Positions 9,785 through 21,502 of a DNA stretch of 64,000 bases are shown in pieces. Position 1 is the stretch's first letter, and every line of letters starts with the position of its first letter. The stretch is from an uncultured Verrucomicrobiota bacterium (GTDB lineage Bacteria > Verrucomicrobiota > Kiritimatiellia > CAIQIC01 > CAZMXS01), in the NCBI GenBank assembly GCA_964570325.1, contig CAZMXS010000011.1, forward strand, positions 23,287-87,286. Reading direction: 5' to 3'. The notes beneath the pieces were generated by a model. The model had not been told where the DNA came from. It was given only the letters and a program-made list of their open reading frames with translations, and did not search any database. Made by a program: the position numbers and the translations under genes.

Positions 9785-10258
9785 TCAGCGGATCGGCACG
9801 GCGCCGATCTCGGCTTCAGCGCGATAAGCGCGTCCCTGGTCATCCACGCCGGCAAACGTCCATTTGGTGCGCGGCGCGACCGGTTCGGCATAGCCGTGCC
9901 AGTTGGGGTCGCAAGCGACTGCCTGGCGCGGCTGAAGCCAGCCGTTGGTCAGCGGGCCGCCGAGGGCAAACCATTCATCGAAATCCTGGCTGGTCAGCTT
10001 GCGATTCATGATGTTCTTCGGAACCCATTTCCCATTCAACCAGAAGTAGCCCTCAAAGGTCGTGATTTGGATTGGACGCGCCGTGGCGTTGCTGACCGTG
10101 GTCCGATAATACCACATATAAGGGAACGGATTGGTGCTGATTCCCGGCACGGCATGGACATCGCTCGGATTCGGCGTGTGGGTGACGACGAGCCCGGGAT
10201 GCAGGGCGCAGCTCAAGCCGACCAGCCCGAGCGCGGCGGTGAGGATCCGAGATTTCAT
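9785..10258 (-). CDS. hypothetical secreted protein
   Basis: ATG at 10258 gives the signal peptide MKSRILTAALGLVGLSCALHPG. Trp/Tyr-rich mature domain. No family recognised. Confidence 0.45.
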   Translation of the reverse strand: MKSRILTAALGLVGLSCALHPGLVVTHTPNPSDVHAVPGISTNPFPYMWYYRTTVSNATARPIQITTFEGYFWLNGKWVPKNIMNRKLTSQDFDEWFALGGPLTNGWLQPRQAVACDPNWHGYAEPVAPRTKWTFAGVDDQGRAYRAEAEIGAVPIR

Positions 10259-10262
10259 CGCC

Positions 10263-13011
<2,749 letters not shown>

Positions 13012-13024
13012 CGGTGTGTGATCC

Positions 13025-14881
13025 ATGGATTGCGCCGGGGATCAGTGCGAGCGCGGGAGTAAACCGGCGTCGTCCGGATGGATACGGTTGTTCTGGATCG
13101 CGATTGCCGGTTATTATGCCGCGATTTTCCTGTTGTCCATCAACCGCGTTGGGCTGAACGACAACGACCAGTTTCTGATGTTTCAGGAATTGCAGTTTTG
13201 GAATGCGCGGCTTTTCGGATTCGCAAAGCAGTGGACGCCGGTGATGGTGGGCGGAATTTCCCTGGCAGGCGACCCGCAGGTGCCGCAATGGTCGCTGGGC
13301 ATGGCGCTGGGCTATCTGTTCGGACCGTTTTACGGACTGCGGGTCGCGACCATCCTCTATTTCCTCTTCGGGAGGGTGGGCGCCTGGCGGTCTGCCGGCC
13401 TGATATTCAAACGCGCCGAGCTGCGCGCGTTGGCGGCATCGCTGTTCATCGGGAACGGTTTTTTTGTCTGCCGGCTGGCACATGGGCATATGGACCATAT
13501 CCCCTTCCTGGCGTTGCCGCTGGTGCTGTGGTTCCTGCACCGGTTGACGGATCGCTTGCGTGATCTCAATGCCATGAACCGGTTTGGCGCGAGCCTGGCC
13601 GCGGCGCTTGCGCTCGGCGCGGGATTCAGTGTGATGGCGGATGGCGCGCCGGTCGTGATCATCCATTTCTATTTCTGGGTGGCGGTTTATGCCGTTGTGC
13701 TGGCGGCGGTTAAACGGTCGCCAGCGCCAGTGCTGGTTCCGGCGCTGGGCGGCGCGGCGGCATTGCTGCTGGGCGCAGGCTACCTTTGGCCGATGTTGAA
13801 CGAGCAGCAGGAATTTCCCCGACTGGTGAAGGACACGTTTACCAATCCGCTGTGCCTGTTATGGTTCATGCTGCTCCCCGTGGGCGGACGGGTGATACCC
13901 GCGCCGGCCAACGGTCATGAGTACAGCGTTTACATCGGGCCGGTGCTGGCCGGGCTGATCTGGGTCTATCGGCGCGAGGCGGCCGCGCGGATTCCAGCGG
14001 AAGCGCGCCGTCCGCTGCTGGTCGCGGCCGTTGTCGCCATCTTGCTGGGCATGGGCAGCCTGACCCTGCTGGGGATTCCAAAATGGCTCAGCCCGTTTGA
14101 CCTGTTACGGTCATTGCCCGGCTTTCGCTCCATGAATGTCACGGGCCGCTATTGGGGGTTTCTGGCGCTCCCGCTGTCGCTGTTGGCCGCGGCGGCGATT
14201 CAAGTTTTTCTACAGGATGCCAGCCGAGGCCGCCACGCACACCGGTGGCTGGGCCTGGCGTTGGGACTGCAACTAGCGTTCATGACGGCCTTCCCGTTCC
14301 GGAGCCTGGTGCTTTCGGCCCCGTATCAACCAATTCCATATCGCGGGTTGTTCCCGGCGGATGGCGCGGATATTCGCTATCATGAGGGTGGCGCGCGGAT
14401 TTATCAATACGACTTGATCAGTCCGGTGCAGGGCCTGTTGGACGCCTATAACATGGGTGATTTCATTCATCCGGACATGTTGCCGAATTGTCGCCTGATC
14501 CAGTCGGCGCATGTGGATGGACGGCGCTTCGACACGGATGACTGGCTGGTCGCCCGGTTCACCGACTGGAACCATATTCAGGTGCGACCGGTGAAAAAGC
14601 CGCCCATGGAAGCGCTGGCCGGCTGGGGCACTTTGACCTTGGTGTTCAATCAAGCCTGGCATCGCTATTGGAACTGCGCAGCCGGCCGTGTCCACACGAT
14701 CAACGGACGCAATCTGGCGGTGGACATACCGGTCTCGGCCCTGGCCGCGGGCGCCGTTAATCTGACATTTCACGATTGGGTGAGCGCGCGGGGCACGCGG
14801 GTGACGGCTTGGGCCTGGCCGGTCTGGGCCGTGCTGATGATCCTGCTGACCGTCCCGCTCTGGCGGCGGGCGCCCAGATAA
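13025..14881 (+). CDS. large polytopic membrane protein (possible GT-C-type glycosyltransferase/DUF)
   Basis: 618-aa ORF with at least 12 predicted hydrophobic helices and loop regions. It is immediately downstream of the beta-helix protein. Family is not recognised and the start is uncertain. Confidence 0.5.
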   Translation: MDCAGDQCERGSKPASSGWIRLFWIAIAGYYAAIFLLSINRVGLNDNDQFLMFQELQFWNARLFGFAKQWTPVMVGGISLAGDPQVPQWSLGMALGYLFGPFYGLRVATILYFLFGRVGAWRSAGLIFKRAELRALAASLFIGNGFFVCRLAHGHMDHIPFLALPLVLWFLHRLTDRLRDLNAMNRFGASLAAALALGAGFSVMADGAPVVIIHFYFWVAVYAVVLAAVKRSPAPVLVPALGGAAALLLGAGYLWPMLNEQQEFPRLVKDTFTNPLCLLWFMLLPVGGRVIPAPANGHEYSVYIGPVLAGLIWVYRREAAARIPAEARRPLLVAAVVAILLGMGSLTLLGIPKWLSPFDLLRSLPGFRSMNVTGRYWGFLALPLSLLAAAAIQVFLQDASRGRHAHRWLGLALGLQLAFMTAFPFRSLVLSAPYQPIPYRGLFPADGADIRYHEGGARIYQYDLISPVQGLLDAYNMGDFIHPDMLPNCRLIQSAHVDGRRFDTDDWLVARFTDWNHIQVRPVKKPPMEALAGWGTLTLVFNQAWHRYWNCAAGRVHTINGRNLAVDIPVSALAAGAVNLTFHDWVSARGTRVTAWAWPVWAVLMILLTVPLWRRAPR

Positions 14882-15088
14882 ACGGTGCGTGCCGGATGCC
14901 CGCATCACCGGTCATCGGCCGGCTGAATGCCGGGATCCCCTGTAGCGAGCGGTTGCAGCTCAAGAGACGATGTTTATTTCCGATGTGACCATTTGAAACC
15001 GCGAATTCAATCGCCCCGGGCGCATGAGCATGCTTTTGCGGCAAATCCTTATCTGGCACCGGGCGCGCCGAACCCGCTTGGACCGGGA

Positions 15089-16576
15089 TCAGCCCGCATG
15101 TTGCCGCTGTAGCGCCTCGGCGTTATGGGCGATGCGACGAATCATGCCGCTGAAGATCAGGCGGTGGAAGGGGTAGAGGATATACCAGTAAGCGAGGCCG
15201 GCCAGCCCTTTGGGCGCGAAGAAGGCGGTTTGCGCCAGTTGGGTCCGGCCGCCTTCGGTCTTGCAAATCTCAAACTCGAGCCAGGCGCGGCCGGGAAGTT
15301 TCATCTCCGCGCGCAGGCGCATCAGCCGGTTTGGCTCGAGCGCTTCGACACGCCAAAAATCCAGCGCTTCGCCGACGCGGAGCAGTTCGGGATCGCGCCG
15401 GCCGCGCCGCAAGCCGACGCCACCCGCCAGCCGGTCGAGCAGCCCGCGCGCGCGCCATGCCCAGTCCATATAGAGCCAGCCTGCCTCGCCGCCCAGCATC
15501 TGGATCGAGCGGTAAACGGCCTCCCGGCCGGCCCACACGTCAAGCTGGCGGCGCTCGGTGATCAACCCCTCGCGCGCGGCGAGTTCGACGGGCTTGTGCG
15601 CGCCGGGACTGCTGGAGAGCGCGTCGCTCCAGCGGGTGAGCACCCAACCGGATTCCAGTGTGGCCAACGCTTGCGCCACGGCGTCATCGTAGGATGTCAG
15701 CCGGATGTTAGGGAAGAGCTGCCGGGCCAGATCGTTGCGCACGATGACCTCGTTACGCAGACCCTCGACCAGCGGGCGCGCAATCTGGGCGGGTACCGGC
15801 GTAACGAGATGAATCCAGAGCGATGAAAGGCGCGGAGTGAGAAACGGGACCGGCACCAGCACACGTTTCAGGCCGCGCGCGCGGGCCAGATGCAGGATCA
15901 TGTCCGCGTAGGTCAGCACATCCGCCCCGCCGATTTCAATGACCCGGTCGGCGCTTTCCGGAACAGTGAAGGCGGCGACCAGGTAATCGAGGACGTTGCG
16001 GATCGCGATTGGCTGGGTGCGGGTGAACACCCACTTGGGGCAGATGATGAGCGGCATTCGTTCGGTGAGGCTGCGGACCAGTTCAAAGGAAAGGCTGCCG
16101 GAACCGACGATCACGCCCGCCCGAAACTCGGTCACCGGCACGCCGCCTTCACGCAGGGCGGCGCCGGTTTGCTGGCGCGAGCGCAGATGCGGCGAGAGGT
16201 CCGTGGCGGGGTCGCCGAGGCCGCCGAGATAGATGATTCGCTTGACGCCGGCTTGCGCGGCGGCGCGGCCGAAGTGGCGCGCGGCCGCCACGTCCCGCTC
16301 GGCAAAATGCGCGCCGCCGGCCATGCTGTGGATCAGGTAGTAAGCGGCGGTCACGTTCTGAAAAGCGGCCGGCAGGGTTTCCGGGCGCAGCGCGTCGGCC
16401 GTGACGACCTCGACGGCGCGCCGCCATTCGCGCCCCGCAACGCGGGTCGGATCGCGGACCAGGCAGCGCACGCGGTATTGCGCTTCGACCAGGCGCGGTA
16501 CCAGCCGGCCGCCCACGTAGCCGGTGGCGCCGGTGACCAGGATCAGCGGCGGGGCGGGAGGGTCTTCCATCGCCAT
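15089..16576 (-). CDS. NAD(P)-binding SDR/NmrA-like protein with C-terminal DUF2867-like domain
   Basis: Rossmann motif LILVTGATGYVGGRL. ATG at 16576 or 16570. The C-terminal half has the conserved WRVEALEP / LEFEI motifs of DUF2867. Confidence 0.7.
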   Translation of the reverse strand: MAMEDPPAPPLILVTGATGYVGGRLVPRLVEAQYRVRCLVRDPTRVAGREWRRAVEVVTADALRPETLPAAFQNVTAAYYLIHSMAGGAHFAERDVAAARHFGRAAAQAGVKRIIYLGGLGDPATDLSPHLRSRQQTGAALREGGVPVTEFRAGVIVGSGSLSFELVRSLTERMPLIICPKWVFTRTQPIAIRNVLDYLVAAFTVPESADRVIEIGGADVLTYADMILHLARARGLKRVLVPVPFLTPRLSSLWIHLVTPVPAQIARPLVEGLRNEVIVRNDLARQLFPNIRLTSYDDAVAQALATLESGWVLTRWSDALSSSPGAHKPVELAAREGLITERRQLDVWAGREAVYRSIQMLGGEAGWLYMDWAWRARGLLDRLAGGVGLRRGRRDPELLRVGEALDFWRVEALEPNRLMRLRAEMKLPGRAWLEFEICKTEGGRTQLAQTAFFAPKGLAGLAYWYILYPFHRLIFSGMIRRIAHNAEALQRQHAG

Positions 16577-16661
16577 CCATCCTCGATTTTCGACTTTCGA
16601 CTTGCGCTTGCCGGCGGTGAAGCCAAACGCCCGGCGCAATCTGAGCCGCGCGCGCGGTCGC

Positions 16662-16985
16662 TCATTCCTTCCTGACCCACTGCCCGCCGCGCAGAATCCA
16701 CTCGGAAAGACCGGAGAACTCGAAGACTTCCTTGACTGCGCCGCCCAGGTTATAGAGCAGGAACTTGCCGCCGGCCTCGGCGACTTTTTTGCTGAGCGTC
16801 AGCAGGCTCTTGAGGCCGGCGCTGCTGATAAACTGAAGATTGCCCAAGTCAACGATCAGACTTTTCTCGCCGGCGTCGAGCAGGCGCTGGCATTCCTCCT
16901 CGAAGAAGCGCGCGTTTTGGGCGTCCATACGGCCCGAGATCTTCAGCACGGTCACATCGCCAGGGCGTTCGATCTCCAGCCTCAT
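16662..16985 (-). CDS. STAS-domain anti-sigma-factor antagonist (SpoIIAA-like)
   Basis: 107 aa from the ATG at 16985. STAS motif DLGNLQFISSAGLKSLL. ATGA overlap with the upstream small ORF. Confidence 0.7.
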   Translation of the reverse strand: MRLEIERPGDVTVLKISGRMDAQNARFFEEECQRLLDAGEKSLIVDLGNLQFISSAGLKSLLTLSKKVAEAGGKFLLYNLGGAVKEVFEFSGLSEWILRGGQWVRKE

Positions 16986-17269
16986 GGCGCCCCCCGGGCG
17001 CCCGGGCGGATCAGCCGGCGGGCGAGGGCCAGCGGGATGCAGCCGGCGTCGAGCACCGCCGGGAGCCAGGCCCAAAGGTCGAGGTTGGGGGCAGGGATCA
17101 GCAACATGGCGATGCACCCGCATAACCCACCGGCATATGGGACCGGCATGTTCTCCCGTTGCAATCGCCGCATGCGCAGCGCGGCCAGACCATTGGCAAT
17201 CGCGACCCAGATAAAAAACAACGCCAAAGGAACCGCCACCCCCCAGCGCAGATAATCAAGGCCGGTCAT
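16982..17269 (-). CDS. small membrane protein (hypothetical, 2 TM)
   Basis: 95 aa. GGGAGGA SD 8 nt upstream of the ATG at 17269. Translationally coupled to the STAS gene. Confidence 0.45.
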   Translation of the reverse strand: MTGLDYLRWGVAVPLALFFIWVAIANGLAALRMRRLQRENMPVPYAGGLCGCIAMLLIPAPNLDLWAWLPAVLDAGCIPLALARRLIRPGARGAP

Positions 17270-17302
17270 GACATTATCCTCCCGGGTTCAGCGGGCTGCG
17301 TT

Positions 17303-17704
17303 TCAGCCCAACACCAGATTCTGCGAGTAGCGGTCGGTGTCGGCAATCAAAAATTCCTCGGTCATTTCCAGGCAATTCTTGGGGCAGACCTCGGTGCATT
17401 GGGCGCAACTGATGCACTGGCCGACGAAAATCCGGATTTTCTTTTCCTCGGGGATCATCTCGATCGCGTGCGCCGGGCAGACCTTGACGCAAAGCGTGCA
17501 GCCGATGCAGGCCGGCTTGGTGTAGCGAATCTTGCCGCGCATTCGAGGAGGGACGGGCACAGGCGGCTGGACGGCCGCCTGGCCGCCTTGCACCTGCGCA
17601 AGGAAGCCGGTCACGGTTTCCGGCAGATGCGCCGCGGGAAAGGGGTTGGTTATGGGCTTGCGCGGCAACTGGTTCAGCAATTCGGGCACCATCGGGAAAC
17701 GCAT
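17303..17704 (-). CDS. mbhN: 2x[4Fe-4S] ferredoxin subunit of group-4 hydrogenase (NuoI/MbhN-like)
   Basis: Two CxxCxxCxxxCP motifs (CIGCTLCVKVCP, CISCAQCTEVCP). GGGAGG SD. Confidence 0.8.
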   Translation of the reverse strand: MRFPMVPELLNQLPRKPITNPFPAAHLPETVTGFLAQVQGGQAAVQPPVPVPPRMRGKIRYTKPACIGCTLCVKVCPAHAIEMIPEEKKIRIFVGQCISCAQCTEVCPKNCLEMTEEFLIADTDRYSQNLVLG

Positions 17705-17707
17705 GGT

Positions 17708-18715
17708 CTACCTCCCGCCGATCAGGGAATCCAGCATCACCAGCCCCAGCCCCACGAGGGCCAGACCGCCGAGATACTTCCAGTACACATCCACCACCTG
17801 CGTGATCCGGAACCGTCCAACCGCGGCGCGGATGAGCGACACGGAGAGGAACATGACCACGAGCAGTTTGACCAGGAAAAACGCCGCATCCAGCACCACC
17901 GCTGGCACGACCCACAGGGGCAGCATGTCGGAGATGCCGTAGGGGATGAAAAGAGCGACCAGCAAGGCGGACATCACGACGGTCTTCACGGCCAGCGCGA
18001 GTTGAAAAAGCGCGAGATTGCGGCCGGAGTATTCCACGAGCAGGCCGCCCGCCAGTTCCGTCTCCGCCTCCGGCGTGTCGAATGGAATCCGGCCCAGCTC
18101 ACCCGGGGCCACGAGCAGCAGGGCGATGAACAGAATGGCGAAGCCGAGCACCCCGCACGGCCCGGACAGCGCCCAGACCGGATGGGCGGCGATCGCGGCA
18201 AGGGCGAAGGGATCGGCCACGCCGGCCTGCCCAAGCTTCCAGCCGATTGCGATCACGACGGCAGCCAGCGGTAGCTCGTAGGAGATCATCGTGACCATTT
18301 CGCGCTGGGCGCCGAGCGTCGCGTAGGGTGAGCCGGCCGCGAACCCGCCGGCGACCATCGCCAGCGCGGGTACCGCCAGCAGGTACATCACCAGCACCAG
18401 ATCCCCGTATCCGCCGAGCGCCGGCGCCAGCGGACCAAGCGGGATGTACAGCAGCAACGAGACGGACGCCGCCAGCGCCGCGACCGGCGCCGCGTTGAAG
18501 AGCCATGGGATCGCGTTGTCGGGGACAATGTTCTGCTTGAGCAGCAGCTTGGCGAGGTCGCGGAACGGCTGGCTCAACGGGGGGCCGATGCGCGCCTGCA
18601 TGCGGGCAACGAGAACCCGGTCAATGCCCAGGCAAACCAAGCCCAGCACCGTGCCCAGCGCGCCGAGCACGGCCGTCCAGAAAACGACCCCGAGGGCGCT
18701 GCCTATCGCGTGCAT
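17708..18715 (-). CDS. mbhM: membrane subunit NuoH/HycD/MbhM-like
   Basis: ATG at 18715 with a GGAGG SD. Polytopic, with NuoH family motifs. Overlaps the large-subunit gene end. Confidence 0.8.
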   Translation of the reverse strand: MHAIGSALGVVFWTAVLGALGTVLGLVCLGIDRVLVARMQARIGPPLSQPFRDLAKLLLKQNIVPDNAIPWLFNAAPVAALAASVSLLLYIPLGPLAPALGGYGDLVLVMYLLAVPALAMVAGGFAAGSPYATLGAQREMVTMISYELPLAAVVIAIGWKLGQAGVADPFALAAIAAHPVWALSGPCGVLGFAILFIALLLVAPGELGRIPFDTPEAETELAGGLLVEYSGRNLALFQLALAVKTVVMSALLVALFIPYGISDMLPLWVVPAVVLDAAFFLVKLLVVMFLSVSLIRAAVGRFRITQVVDVYWKYLGGLALVGLGLVMLDSLIGGR

Positions 18716-19947
18716 GGCTGGAGCCTCCGTGTTTTTTCCACTGAAAGCCGGCGCAATTCGGCCTGCGTCATGAACTCCGGTTGCGCGCCGCGGACCACGG
18801 CAACGCGGTCGGTGCAAGAGATGCAGGGGTCAATTGAGGCGACGATGATCGGGACATCCGCCAGTTGCTCGCCCTCGAGCATCGGGATCCACGACATATA
18901 ATTGCTGTAGGACGAGGCCTTGACCTTCCAGGCCAGCGGGCTGTCCTGCCCGCCCAGCCGCAGGTAGTGCAGCACCTCGCCGCGCGGCGCCTCGTGGCGC
19001 CCGACCGCCTCGCCGCTGGCCTTCTTGACCTTGGCCATCAGCACGGCGATCTTCGGAATCGCCAGGACGGGGCCTTCGGGCAGCCGTTCCAGGCACTGGC
19101 GGATGAGGTCAATGGACTGCCGGATTTCCAGCAGGCGGACAATGATCCGGTCGTACACATCGCCGCGCACTTCGCCGGTGAGCTGGTCGGGGGTGACCGC
19201 GCGCACCTCCAGGTCGGCGTACGCCGCGTAGGGATGATCCTGCCGGACATCCTTGCGCACGCCCGAAGCGCGCGCGACGGGGCCGACCGGGCAGAGCCGC
19301 AAGGCCTCCTCCGGCGTCAGCACGCCGCAGTCGCGGCAGCGCATCTTGATGATCTGGTCGTCCAGGAAGATGGCGGCCAGCCGGTCGAAGTTATCTTCAA
19401 AGTACGCCAGCGACTCGCGGATCCGCGGGAACATATCGGGCGTGATGTCACGTCGGACGCCGCCGATTTGGATGATCGCGTAATGGACGCGGTTGCCGGT
19501 CAGGTATTCCAGCAGGTCCATGACGTTCTCGCGGACGGTCCATGCCAGGTAAAAGGCCGAGTCGAATCCCAGTTCGTGAGCGGCGACGCCGGCCCAGAGC
19601 AGATGCGAGTGAATGCGCTCCAGCTCGCCGACGATCGTGCGCAGGTAGTGGGCGCGCGCCGGCACCTCGATCTGCGCAATCTGCTCCACCGCGCGGCAGA
19701 ATGACAGCGCATGCGTAATCCCGCAGATCCCGCAGATGCGCTCCGCGAGGTAGATGATCTGGATGCAATTGCGCCGCAGCCCCATCCATTCGACGCCGCG
19801 GTGCGCCTTGCCGGGCGCGAAGTCGGCCTTGCGCACCTTCTCCCCGTCCAGTTCGAAGGTGAACATCACCGGCTCTTTCAGCGCCGGGTGCGCCGGGCCG
19901 ATTTGCGCGGTGTAGGTATATGGCTTATGAGTGTTCTGGCTGGCCAT
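18703..19947 (-). CDS. mbhL: [NiFe]-hydrogenase large subunit, group 4 (NuoD/HycE/MbhL-like)
   Basis: N-terminal RICGICGITHA and C-terminal DPCISCTDR Ni-Fe ligand CxxC pairs. There is a ~32-aa tail after the second motif, consistent with endopeptidase processing. Confidence 0.85.
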   Translation of the reverse strand: MASQNTHKPYTYTAQIGPAHPALKEPVMFTFELDGEKVRKADFAPGKAHRGVEWMGLRRNCIQIIYLAERICGICGITHALSFCRAVEQIAQIEVPARAHYLRTIVGELERIHSHLLWAGVAAHELGFDSAFYLAWTVRENVMDLLEYLTGNRVHYAIIQIGGVRRDITPDMFPRIRESLAYFEDNFDRLAAIFLDDQIIKMRCRDCGVLTPEEALRLCPVGPVARASGVRKDVRQDHPYAAYADLEVRAVTPDQLTGEVRGDVYDRIIVRLLEIRQSIDLIRQCLERLPEGPVLAIPKIAVLMAKVKKASGEAVGRHEAPRGEVLHYLRLGGQDSPLAWKVKASSYSNYMSWIPMLEGEQLADVPIIVASIDPCISCTDRVAVVRGAQPEFMTQAELRRLSVEKTRRLQPCTR

Positions 19948-20045
19948 TATGCAACCTGCGATGTAACGGGGTGAATATAGCGGAAGCCACAGCGCCCTGG
20001 CTGCATGGCGGATGTCACGCGCGCCAGCGCTTCAAAGTGGCATTT

Positions 20046-20071
20046 GGGATGACAAAACAGATGGTCATCCC
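20046..20071. repeat. perfect 8-bp inverted repeat (GGGATGAC-N10-GTCATCCC) inside the 190-nt mbhK-mbhL spacer
   Basis: Seen directly at 20046..20053 and 20064..20071. It sits in the only sizeable intergenic gap of the otherwise overlapping mbh operon. Confidence 0.7.
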
Positions 20072-20138
20072 GAGGATGTTCTCCCGGGGAGAGCCGACGA
20101 GAAAGTGTGTCTATGTAGTTTGCGGTTATCACGGATAC

Positions 20139-20726
20139 CTAGGTTGGGTCTGGGGTGGCTGCAGGCGCCACGGCCGCACCGGTCTCTTGCCTGCCCGTGC
20201 GCCACAATTCCTTTACCATCTCCGCCGGCACACCCTTCTCATCTTTTCGCCATGGGAAAACACCGCCCGGGAAATCCTCCGGGAGGAACATCCGGCGATT
20301 GTCGGGGATGCCGGTGACCTGGACGCCGATCATTTCCTGTTTTTCCCGTTCGCTGGTGAGCGCCCCGGGAATGATGTCCGTGATCGTCGGGACCGTCGGA
20401 TCGGTCTTCGGCACGGGGACGGTGAACGTCACCATGATCTCGCGGTGCGGCCGGCTGTGATAGATGAACAGGTGGTAGAGCAGCTCGATCTCCTGGCCCG
20501 TGTCGCAGCATGAAATGACGCCCAGATGCGGGTAGTCAATCCGGACCAGCCACTCCAGCGCCGGCCGCAGCGCCTCGCGGTCCAGCCGGATCCAGACCTG
20601 CCGGCTGACCTTGCGGGAGGCGCCCTCGGCCCACTCGCTCGCGCGCGTGTAGCGCACGGCGCTGCCGCAGGCGCCCTTGATGCCGTCAATGATTGCCTGG
20701 GGCTCCAGATACAGGGGTTCGCTCAT
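20139..20726 (-). CDS. mbhK: NuoC/30-kDa-like subunit (MbhK)
   Basis: NuoC family fold. ATGA overlap with mbhJ. Confidence 0.8.
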   Translation of the reverse strand: MSEPLYLEPQAIIDGIKGACGSAVRYTRASEWAEGASRKVSRQVWIRLDREALRPALEWLVRIDYPHLGVISCCDTGQEIELLYHLFIYHSRPHREIMVTFTVPVPKTDPTVPTITDIIPGALTSEREKQEMIGVQVTGIPDNRRMFLPEDFPGGVFPWRKDEKGVPAEMVKELWRTGRQETGAAVAPAATPDPT

Positions 20727-21154
20727 GACACCGCCTCTGCCTGTTCCAGCTTGAGCAGCGCCTTGACGACGCCGTCAATGATCGCCTCCGGCCGCGGCGG
20801 GCAGCCTGGCACATGGACGTCCACGGGGATGATCTGGTCCACCGGCCCGACAAGGTTGTAGGAGTCGTAGAAGGTGCCCCCGGAGATGCCGCAGACACCG
20901 ACACAGACGACCAGCTTGGGATCGGGCATCTGCTCGTAGACACGGCGCAGGCGCGGCTCCATTTTCCGCGTCACCGGCCCGGTTACCAGCAGCAGATCGG
21001 CGTGGCGGGGGGAGCCGACGAGCTTGATGCCGAACCGTTCGAGGTCATAGCGCGGCGTGACCGACGCGACCAGCTCGATTTCACAGCCGTTGCACGAGCC
21101 GGCATTGAACAAAAACGCCCACAGCGAACGGCCCAATGTCTGCGCGATCTTCAT
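20723..21154 (-). CDS. mbhJ: hydrogenase small subunit NuoB/MbhJ-like (proximal [4Fe-4S])
   Basis: ATG at 21154. Cys ligands in GSCNGCEIE, CVGVCGISGG and GCPPRPE. Confidence 0.85.
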   Translation of the reverse strand: MKIAQTLGRSLWAFLFNAGSCNGCEIELVASVTPRYDLERFGIKLVGSPRHADLLLVTGPVTRKMEPRLRRVYEQMPDPKLVVCVGVCGISGGTFYDSYNLVGPVDQIIPVDVHVPGCPPRPEAIIDGVVKALLKLEQAEAVS

Positions 21155-21501
21155 GCCAGCCACCCCACGATGAACATCAGCGCCGCCACGCCGACAAACC
21201 ACAGCACATAATCCACCGGCTCGCCGGAATGCAGCGGCGCCAACCGCCGGTAATAGCCGCGCAGCGACTCCAAGAAGCCCCAGTACATGTTGGAGGCGGG
21301 GATATGCCCGCGCCCGGCCGGCGGTTCGTCGTTGCCGGAAATGAACGGTTTGGCCTGGCCCGTGCCCGGCCGGTAATCCGCGCGCCCGCGGCGGCGGAAC
21401 CAGACCGCCAACAGCGCGGCTACGAGAAACGCGATCAGCCAGGCCGGCGCGTTCCAGGCGCCCGCGCCGGTTTCCAAGGTCCAGGCCAGCGGCAGCGGCA
21501 T
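21151..21501 (-). CDS. mbhI: small membrane subunit MbhI-like
   Basis: 116 aa with 2 TM. Position and size match MbhI. ATGA overlap with mbhJ. Confidence 0.5.
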   Translation of the reverse strand: MPLPLAWTLETGAGAWNAPAWLIAFLVAALLAVWFRRRGRADYRPGTGQAKPFISGNDEPPAGRGHIPASNMYWGFLESLRGYYRRLAPLHSGEPVDYVLWFVGVAALMFIVGWLA

Positions 21502-21502
21502 G

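Noticed and set aside
17159-18274. 371-aa plus-strand ORF and other plus-strand ORFs across 17159..25650
   Set aside because: All lie antisense to the mbh operon genes. The minus-strand proteins carry unambiguous hydrogenase and Mrp motifs.
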